NCBI GenBank assembly: GCA_029856525.1
Contig: JAHQXC010000058.1
Location: 1 to 8,655, forward strand
DNA: 8,655 nt
DNA from: Candidatus Odinarchaeia archaeon
GTDB lineage: Archaea; Asgardarchaeota; Odinarchaeia; Odinarchaeales; Odinarchaeaceae
Direction: 5' to 3'
How positions within the stretch are numbered: the first letter of the stretch is position 1; every line of letters starts with the position of its first letter. A program made the translations under genes and the position numbers. The notes under the pieces are model-generated. The model was not told the DNA's origin. It was given only the letters and a program-made list of their open reading frames with translations, and searched no databases. Below are positions 1-5,647 of the stretch, piece by piece.

Positions 1-129
1 GAATCTGAGAGGAGTGAAAACAACCCGTATCTATTATTAACTATTCTCGCATGTGCATTAATAATAGCTGTAGCCTGTTACGCTGCTGTTAAAAAAACGA
101 AAAGGAAACCTGATCTAATAATCGATTAA
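1..129 (+). CDS. 3' fragment of a membrane-anchored (probably cell-surface) protein; the gene starts upstream of the window
   Basis: Frame 1 is open from base 1 to TAA at 127-129: ESERSENNPYLLLTILACALIIAVACYAAVKKTKRKPDLIID*. A polar linker, ~20 hydrophobic residues and a Lys/Arg-rich tail give a typical C-terminal transmembrane anchor. Not in the ORF track because it has no start codon in the window. Confidence 0.75.
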   Translation, partial: ESERSENNPYLLLTILACALIIAVACYAAVKKTKRKPDLIID

Positions 130-410
130 CCGCCGTGAACTACTGGAATAAAAGTTACAGTATCACCGTCTTTCAATTCGGTTTCTAAACCGTTTAAAAC
201 ACTTATCTCAAAATCATTAATAAATATTAGAATAGAGGAACTATAAAAAGATCCGGCTCCTTGAATATGATGTTTAACTCTTATACCTTTTAATTCAAGT
301 AAATCCAGCAACTCCCTTATTCTAAGACCCGGGGGAACAGAGAGCTTCAACTCCTCCACTCCAGCCACTTCTTTAAAAGTTGAAAGAAATTTCACAGTTA
401 AACCGTTCAT
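126..410 (-). CDS. Ubiquitin-like beta-grasp protein, MoaD/ThiS/SAMP superfamily, Urm1-like
   Basis: 94 aa. N-terminal TVKFLSTFKEVAG strand/helix and C-terminal LIFIND...LNGLETELKDGDTVTFIPVVHGG with terminal di-Gly. SD-like AGGTG on the - strand at 416-420. Confidence 0.9.
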   Translation of the reverse strand: MNGLTVKFLSTFKEVAGVEELKLSVPPGLRIRELLDLLELKGIRVKHHIQGAGSFYSSSILIFINDFEISVLNGLETELKDGDTVTFIPVVHGG

Positions 411-424
411 TCAACCACCTTGAA

Positions 425-450
425 GAGAAAATATTTATAGGCTTATTAAA
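425..450. promoter_or_regulatory. Overlapping divergent archaeal promoters for the Urm1-like gene and the membrane protein gene
   Basis: + strand: purine-rich BRE-like GAGAAAA (425-431) then TTTATA (434-439), about 25 nt before GTG 464. - strand: TTTAATAA (reverse complement of 443-450), about 25 nt before the SD at 416-420. Confidence 0.5.
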
Positions 451-463
451 TTTATGAGCTGGT

Positions 464-985
464 GTGAGCCTATCACTAAAAGTAGCGGTAATAGGGGTAC
501 TGTCAGCAGCAGGTTTAGCGCTTAGAACAGTAGCGGTCCCCGTAACAGTTAATGTTCAAATAACCCCTGGAATGATAGCCCCTATTCTCTCAGGTATCCT
601 ATTAGGTTTATGGCCTGGAATTTCCACAGGAATCATAGTAGGATCATACGCGGCTGTTTTCTCAGGTGAGTTCTGGCTTATACCGTTTATAGGAAACGTG
701 CTTTTAGCAGTCGGCGCCGGGCTTACCTCTGATTTAACTAAAAAAAATAGAGTAGGAGTTTTCGAAATAAGTATGATGATAATCTCACCGACGGTAATCG
801 GCGGGTTTATACCCACGTTCATCATTATGAGCTTAATTATCCCCGGCGCTTTTATTCTAGCACTCTTATCAGGTGTCTTTGACATGATTAACGCGATGAT
901 CGCGTCTATTATAGCAGTTTTAACTTGGCTAGCTTTGAAGAAAACAAAACTTATAGAAAAATTATCTCCACCAGTTGAAACATGA
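464..985 (+). CDS. Integral membrane protein, probable ECF-transporter S component of unknown substrate
   Basis: 173 aa and almost entirely hydrophobic, with about 5-6 TM segments. First helix has small-residue spacing (AVIGVLSAAGLAL), then a Pro-containing loop and a G-x3-G rich hairpin (SGILLGLWPGISTGIIVG). This matches S-component size and layout; family assignment by eye only. Confidence 0.6.
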   Translation: MSLSLKVAVIGVLSAAGLALRTVAVPVTVNVQITPGMIAPILSGILLGLWPGISTGIIVGSYAAVFSGEFWLIPFIGNVLLAVGAGLTSDLTKKNRVGVFEISMMIISPTVIGGFIPTFIIMSLIIPGAFILALLSGVFDMINAMIASIIAVLTWLALKKTKLIEKLSPPVET

Positions 986-992
986 AATTAAA

Positions 993-1008
993 GTTAAAAT
1001 TTAAATAC
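993..1008 (+). promoter_or_regulatory. BRE/TATA promoter of rps17e
   Basis: GTTAAAA followed by TTTAAATA (1000-1007), predicting a TSS near 1030. SD GGAGG at 1044-1048 lies 7 nt before ATG 1056. Confidence 0.6.
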
Positions 1009-1055
1009 TATGTTAAAAAATATTCAAAGCACTTGAATTAACTGGAGGAAAAATA

Positions 1056-1265
1056 ATGGGACGGGTCAGACCTAGCTCAATCAAAAACCTAGTCTGGGAA
1101 CTAGTCGAACTTTACGCGGACAAGTTCACAGACGATTTTGAAAAAAATAAGAAAGTAGTAGATGAAATATCAGAAGTTAAATCGAAGAGTGTGAGAAATA
1201 AAATAGCAGGTTATATTACGCATATAGTTCAATTAGAGAGGCGAAAAAGCCAGGCAGCAGAGTAG
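1056..1265 (+). CDS. rps17e: 30S ribosomal protein S17e
   Basis: MGRVR...IK...EL.E.Y...FTDDFEKNK..V.E.....SKSVRNKIAGYITH is the S17e family signature; strong SD. Confidence 0.97.
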   Translation: MGRVRPSSIKNLVWELVELYADKFTDDFEKNKKVVDEISEVKSKSVRNKIAGYITHIVQLERRKSQAAE

Positions 1266-1461
1266 CCTCAACCATGTTTAAAATTTATATCACGCGGTAT
1301 GATTACCTCAGCCGGTTAAAACTATACTATTTAAAATCTTTTCAACGAAAAAAGTTAAAAAGATTAGCAGCTCATCCTATAGTTGAAAACTAGAGTATTC
1401 CTTCAAAGATTTGATAAAAATAGTGCTCCGGTGGTGTAGTCCGGTCAAGCATCAGGGGCTC

Positions 1462-1480
1462 AAGGATTAAACCTGCCCAC
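1462..1480 (+). other. tRNA intron 1 (19 nt) at non-canonical position 34/35, inside the anticodon
   Basis: BHB geometry: central helix GGGC (1456-1459)/GCCC (1475-1478); 3-nt bulges TC|A (1460-1462) and AC|T (1479-1481); inner helix AGG/CCT with a 6-nt loop; outer pair G1455-C1482. The 33/34 alternative does not give a paired central helix. Confidence 0.85.
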
Positions 1481-1491
1481 TCGCCCCCTAG

Positions 1492-1510
1492 ATTACTGAA
1501 ATAAGGGGAT
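1492..1510 (+). other. tRNA intron 2 (19 nt) in the variable loop, position 45/46
   Basis: Relaxed BHB: central helix CCCT (1486-1489)/GGGG (1505-1508) with one G-U pair; bulge AG|A (1490-1492); inner helix TTA/TAA with a 6-nt loop; 3' site AT|A (1509-1511) with no outer helix. Removal restores the 4-nt variable loop. The 3' junction could be shifted by 1 nt. Confidence 0.75.
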
Positions 1511-1754
1511 ACTCGGGTTCAAATCCCGACCGGAGCACCATAAACCAGTTTAACCCTTTTATCTAGAGATTATTTCTTAGTCAACCACTCCTCGACTAAA
1601 GTAGAGCGTCCTCCAATAGAATATTATGAGAGAGAACTCCGACGGTTCATGTGAAAAACAAAATCGCTCTCAGAGGAAATAGGTTAATCCTTTCCAGAAT
1701 CTTCGAACAAGATTATCCTATAAAACTTTCATACACCTTATGGATTCTTTGTAT

Positions 1755-1770
1755 GTTAAAAATTTAAATA
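1755..1770 (+). promoter_or_regulatory. BRE/TATA promoter of the trp operon
   Basis: GTTAAAAA-TTTAAATA, almost identical to the rps17e promoter at 993-1007; predicts a TSS near 1792-1795. A second TTTATA at 1775-1780 is an alternative. Confidence 0.6.
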
Positions 1771-1805
1771 TTAATTTATACAGTTATTGCTATGAATAAG
1801 CGAGG

Positions 1806-3224
1806 GTGCTAAAATGGGGAATTACGTTTGGATCTAAAAAGCTTTCTAAACCAAAGCTAAAAATTGTGAAACTCACTTATATAAACTCTATAATTGATCT
1901 TTTCACAAAAATATGCCAAAATAACGAGTATGCGTATATTTTAGAATCTGTTGAAGGCTGTGAAAAACTTGCTGAATACTCTTTTATCGGCTTCGATCCC
2001 AGGATAGTGGTTACTGTAAAAGACGGGAGAGCTAAAATTCGAAATCTGGTCGAAGACGAAACTATAACTATAAATAATATTAATAACCCACTAGACGTGA
2101 TTAAAAAGCTTGTAGGCGAAGCTTACGTATCAACTGCTAAGTACAGATTAATAGGGGGGGCTGTAGGGTATATTTCTTATGACGCGGTACGCTATTGGGA
2201 GCGACTTCCTGAAATCGCCACAGATGACTTGCATCTTCCAGATTTAGAGATGGGGATCTTCGATGATGGCATAGTCTTCGATCATAAGAATAGAGAAGTA
2301 TTCTACTACTACTATGGAGAAAATCGATTATATGAAGTTTTAGCGCACGCAGGTGAAACCTCTGCTGTGGAAGCGTTCTCCTATTCTGAGCCGGAAACTA
2401 ATATTAAAAAAGAAGCTTTTGAAAACATTGTAGAGAGTGTAAAAGAATACATCAGTTCGGGTGATATTTTCCAAGCAGTTCTCTCAAAACGTTACACTCT
2501 CCGCTTCCAAGGAAGCCCCATATATTTCTACAAGGCCCTACGCAGAATCAACCCGTCTCCATACATGTACTATCTCAAAATGGGTTCCAGACAGATTATT
2601 GGCTCCAGCCCTGAGATGCTTGTAAGAGTGGAAAACGGCGTAGTTGAAACCTTCCCCATAGCTGGAACAAGACCTCGCGTCGAAGACCCGGTTAAAAACA
2701 AAATTCTTAAGCAGGAGCTGTTGAAAGACCAAAAGGAATGCGCCGAACACGTAATGCTTGTGGATTTGGCTAGAAACGATATAGGGAGAATCGCTGAATT
2801 TGGAACAGTCGAAGTTCCAGAATTTATGCGAATATATGAGTACAGTCATGTCCAACACATAGTTTCAAGAGTGATTGGTAAGTTACGAAAAGATTGCGAC
2901 TGTTATGATGCTTTAAGAGCTGTTTTCCCTGCTGGAACTGTTTCAGGAGCTCCAAAAGTGAGAGCGATGGAAATAATTGAGGAAAATGAACCTACTCGTA
3001 GAGGACCATACGCAGGGGCATTAGGCTACTTCTCATATAACGGGAACGCTGACTTCGCTATAACTATACGAACACTCGTAACGAAGGATAGTGAAGCCTA
3101 CATTCAAGCTGGTGCAGGCATCGTAGCAGAGTCCATTCCAGAAAATGAATGGTTCGAGACTGAACAAAAAGCCTCAGCTCTACTTAAGGCTTTGAAAATA
3201 GCCTCTGAAGGGGAAGGATTATGA
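1806..3224 (+). CDS. trpE: Anthranilate synthase component I
   Basis: YILESVEG (LLES Trp-feedback motif), [72 protein letters not shown]. The start codon is uncertain: GTG 1806 lies inside the SD-like motif and the next in-frame GTG is at 1866. Confidence 0.96.
   Translation: MLKWGITFGSKKLSKPKLKIVKLTYINSIIDLFTKICQNNEYAYILESVEGCEKLAEYSFIGFDPRIVVTVKDGRAKIRNLVEDETITINNINNPLDVIKKLVGEAYVSTAKYRLIGGAVGYISYDAVRYWERLPEIATDDLHLPDLEMGIFDDGIVFDHKNREVFYYYYGENRLYEVLAHAGETSAVEAFSYSEPETNIKKEAFENIVESVKEYISSGDIFQAVLSKRYTLRFQGSPIYFYKALRRINPSPYMYYLKMGSRQIIGSSPEMLVRVENGVVETFPIAGTRPRVEDPVKNKILKQELLKDQKECAEHVMLVDLARNDIGRIAEFGTVEVPEFMRIYEYSHVQHIVSRVIGKLRKDCDCYDALRAVFPAGTVSGAPKVRAMEIIEENEPTRRGPYAGALGYFSYNGNADFAITIRTLVTKDSEAYIQAGAGIVAESIPENEWFETEQKASALLKALKIASEGEGL
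1814..1837 (+). other. Candidate Trp-codon minigene / leader peptide MGNYVWI*, out of frame with trpE
   Basis: ATG GGG AAT TAC GTT TGG ATC TAA, preceded by SD-like GAGGGTG (1802-1808) with a 5-nt spacer. Whether it is translated is unproven. Confidence 0.4.
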
Positions 3225-3808
3225 AAGTTCTCATCATCGATAATTATGACTCTTTCGTATATAACCTCGTTCAGTATATCGGTGAACTCGGCTCTAAGCC
3301 GATAGTGTACCGTAATGATGAGTTAACTCTTGAGAAAGCTTTAAGGCTGAAGCCTAACAGGATAGTGATCTCCCCAGGACCGGGGACCCCTGAAGAAACT
3401 CGTTACTTTGGAGTTTGCAACCTAATTTTAAGATATATGAGCTTTAAAATTCCGACGCTAGGCGTATGTCTCGGCCACCAGGGGATAGTACACGCTTTCG
3501 GCGGAAGGATTATAAGAGCTAAGACATTAATGCACGGCAAAACTAGCCTAGTGAAACATGATGGGGAAGGAGTCTTCAAGAATATTAAAAACCCGATCCG
3601 CGCCACCAGATACCATTCACTAATAGTTGATACCACAGCTATCCCCTCATGCCTGAAAGTTACCGCTATATCATTGGATGATGGTAATGTGATGGGTGTC
3701 CGCCACGTAAGCTACCCTATCGAAGGGGTCCAATTCCATCCGGAATCTATTCTAACCGAAGATGGTAAGAAGATTCTTGAAAACTTTCTTTACGGTGATG
3801 AAAAATGA
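3221..3808 (+). CDS. trpG: Anthranilate synthase component II (class I glutamine amidotransferase)
   Basis: IIDNYDSFVYNL, ISPGPG, GVCLGHQ (catalytic Cys), RYHSL, QFHPES (His/Glu of the triad). ATGA overlap with trpE. Confidence 0.97.
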   Translation: MKVLIIDNYDSFVYNLVQYIGELGSKPIVYRNDELTLEKALRLKPNRIVISPGPGTPEETRYFGVCNLILRYMSFKIPTLGVCLGHQGIVHAFGGRIIRAKTLMHGKTSLVKHDGEGVFKNIKNPIRATRYHSLIVDTTAIPSCLKVTAISLDDGNVMGVRHVSYPIEGVQFHPESILTEDGKKILENFLYGDEK

Positions 3809-4878
3809 TACAGGAAGTTATACAGCGACTGGTAGAAGGGGAAAACCTCACTTCCACAGAAGCCTCCGAGACCATGGAGGCTATAATGAAAGGGGAGGTT
3901 ACTTCTACACAGATAGGCGCCTTACTAACAGCCCTAAGAATAAAGGGCGAAACTGTAGAGGAGATTACAGCATTCGCCAATGTGATGAGAAGATTATGTC
4001 TTAGAATAAAGCCACGGGTTAAAGGCCGGCTTGTAGATATATGTGGAACCGGGGGGGACCGCGTAAAAACTTTTAATGTTAGCACCACAGCCGCCTTCGT
4101 AGTTGCTGGTGCAGGTATATCTGTCGCCAAGCATGGCAACCGTTCAGTTACAAGTAAAAGCGGCAGCGCTGACGTCTTAGAAAAACTAGGGTTAAATTTG
4201 AATACACCGCCTAAAAAAGTTGAAGAAGCCATAGAAAAAATTGGAATATGCTTCATGTTCGCCCCTGTGTTTCACCCAGCCATGAGGTATGTGACAGGAC
4301 CTAGGCGAGAGCTTGGTATAAGAACCGTCTTCAATATTCTAGGTCCTTTAACTAATCCCGCTTTCGCTAACGCTCAGGTGGTAGGTGTCTACGATCTCTC
4401 TTTAGTAGAAAAAATAGCAGAAGTACTTAAGAGCCTAAATCTTGAGGAAGCTATGGTGGTCCATGGAATGGATGGGCTTGACGAAATATCAATTATCGGA
4501 AAAACTAGGATAGCGTGGCTGAAAAATGGAGAAATTAAAACTTTTGAAGTATCACCTGAAGATTTTGGTATCCAGAAAGCGACTTTAGAAGAAATTATCG
4601 GAGGAGAACCTGAAAAAAGCGCAGAACTAACCTTCAAAATTCTTACAAACAAATTGAATGAAAATGATCCAAAAATGAAGATGGTCCTTGTGAATGCTGC
4701 AGCAGGTATAATAGTAGGTGGAAAAGCTGATGACTTCGATTATGCAATGGAAGTTGCCAAAGAATCTATTAAAAGCAGAGCCGCTTACCTCAAATTAAAG
4801 AATTTAGTTAAATTTTGTGGGGAGAGTAACGTAGAAAAACTTGAAGAGTTGGAGACCAGATATGAGCGACTACCTTGA
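3805..4878 (+). CDS. trpD: Anthranilate phosphoribosyltransferase
   Basis: DICGTGGD, FNVST, KHGNRSVTSKSGSADVLE, FAPVFHPAM, RTVFNILGPLTNP, VHGMDGLDE. SD GGTGA at 3794-3798 and ATGA overlap with trpG. Confidence 0.98.
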   Translation: MIQEVIQRLVEGENLTSTEASETMEAIMKGEVTSTQIGALLTALRIKGETVEEITAFANVMRRLCLRIKPRVKGRLVDICGTGGDRVKTFNVSTTAAFVVAGAGISVAKHGNRSVTSKSGSADVLEKLGLNLNTPPKKVEEAIEKIGICFMFAPVFHPAMRYVTGPRRELGIRTVFNILGPLTNPAFANAQVVGVYDLSLVEKIAEVLKSLNLEEAMVVHGMDGLDEISIIGKTRIAWLKNGEIKTFEVSPEDFGIQKATLEEIIGGEPEKSAELTFKILTNKLNENDPKMKMVLVNAAAGIIVGGKADDFDYAMEVAKESIKSRAAYLKLKNLVKFCGESNVEKLEELETRYERLP

Positions 4879-5647
4879 CATCTTGGCCCAAGAAGCCTTG
4901 AAAACTGTGGAATCAGGGTACTATACAGTGAGCTTTAGAAAAACAATTTATAGACGAAAAAATAGTCTCAAGAAAGCGATACTTCAATGCAAGCACGCGC
5001 CGGTGATCGCGGAGATAAAACCTTCGTCACCGTTTAAAGGCAAACTTAGACAAATAAACAACCCTATTGAAGTTGCAGAAGCCATACTTCGAGCCGGAGC
5101 CGTAGGCATATCCGTTCTCACCGAGCCCAAATACTTCAATGGTTCACTCGAGATTTTAGCTAAAGTATGTGAACACGTGGAGGCGCCGATTTTAATGAAA
5201 GATATAATTGTAGACCCTATTCAATTGAAGGCAGCATATAAAGCTGGAGCTCACATAGTCCTATTAATCTCCCAAATATTCAACAGAGGATATGGTAAAC
5301 TCCCTCTAAGTGAAATGATCAAGGAGGCTCATAGGTTAGGCCTTGAAGTTCTCCTTGAAACTCACACTATAGAAGAGTTCACTGTAGCCCTTAAAACAGA
5401 TGCTGATCTCATAGGAATAAATAACAGGGATTTGTCAACCTTGAATGTAGATCTTACTGTTACGGAGAGTATTCTAGCCAACGTTAACCCTGAAGGTAGA
5501 ATAGTGATAAGCGAAAGTGGCATTCAAACCCCTGAGGATATACGATGGTTAACACGTTTGGGTGCAAAGGCTTTTTTGGTTGGCTCTGCTGTGATGAAAG
5601 CTGAAAACATGGAAAAAAAACTTATGGAGCTTGTAACCGCCCTATGA
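4862..5647 (+). CDS. trpC: Indole-3-glycerol phosphate synthase
   Basis: VIAEIKPSSP, SVLTEPKYFNGS, LMKDII, LLETH, GINNRDL, ISESGI, LVGSAVM. Start moved from the track's 4841 to the in-frame ATG 4862 (MSDYLDIL), which has GGAG at 4851-4854 and overlaps the trpD end by 17 nt. Confidence 0.95.
   Translation: MSDYLDILAQEALKTVESGYYTVSFRKTIYRRKNSLKKAILQCKHAPVIAEIKPSSPFKGKLRQINNPIEVAEAILRAGAVGISVLTEPKYFNGSLEILAKVCEHVEAPILMKDIIVDPIQLKAAYKAGAHIVLLISQIFNRGYGKLPLSEMIKEAHRLGLEVLLETHTIEEFTVALKTDADLIGINNRDLSTLNVDLTVTESILANVNPEGRIVISESGIQTPEDIRWLTRLGAKAFLVGSAVMKAENMEKKLMELVTAL

Larger units (their letters stand above)
1425..1540 (+). tRNA. tRNA-Glu (anticodon CTC) with two introns; CCA genomically encoded
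   Basis: Acceptor stem GCTCCGG (1425-1431) pairs with CCGGAGC (1530-1536), then A-CCA (1537-1540). D arm GTGT/GCAT; T arm TCGGG-TTCAAAT-CCCGA (1513-1529). Removing 1462-1480 and 1492-1510 gives anticodon arm AGGGG-CTCTCGC-CCCCT and a 4-nt variable loop AGAC, 78 nt in total. The 5' sequence GCTCCGGTGGTGTAGTCCGG is typical of archaeal tRNA-Glu. Confidence 0.92.

Noticed and set aside
556-885. 109-aa - strand ORF
   Set aside because: Antisense shadow of the membrane protein gene; no recognisable motif.
1297-1310. ATGATTA as the C box of a C/D guide RNA
   Set aside because: One mismatch to RTGATGA and no CTGA D box at a suitable distance on this strand.
1461-1463. Reading the tRNA as Leu(CAA) with one long intron
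   Set aside because: The body sequence is Glu-type, there is no long variable arm, and AGGGG pairs with CCCCT at 1485-1489 only under the two-intron parse, which two BHB motifs support.
1628-1634. GAGAGAG complementary to the mature tRNA-Glu anticodon loop, as a T-box-like specifier
   Set aside because: No T-box consensus or antiterminator, wrong amino acid for a trp operon, upstream of the predicted promoter, and T-boxes are not established in archaea.
1589-1740. Divergent trpY-like regulator remnant on the - strand (ATG AAA GTT TTA TAG starting at 1732)
   Set aside because: Stops after 4 codons, the SD-like AGGTG is only 1 nt from the ATG, and no frame resembles TrpY by eye.
1626-1799. 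Short + strand ORFs MRENSDGSCEKQNRSQRK (from 1626) and MDSLYVKNLNINLYSYCYE (from 1740) as trp leader peptides
   Set aside because: No Trp codons, no SD, and they start upstream of the predicted trp promoter.
2538-2858. 106-aa - strand ORF inside trpE
   Set aside because: Antisense shadow of a highly conserved gene; no independent support.
3403-4652. ORFs 3403-3636 (-), 3747-4256 (-), 3762-4004 (+) and 4389-4652 (-)
   Set aside because: All lie within trpG/trpD on the opposite strand or in another frame; no motifs or clear start signals.
4841-4861. ORF-track start of trpC (MKSWRPD extension)
   Set aside because: ATG 4862 has an SD-like GGAG at normal spacing and gives a typical N-terminus; the upstream extension lies deeper inside trpD.
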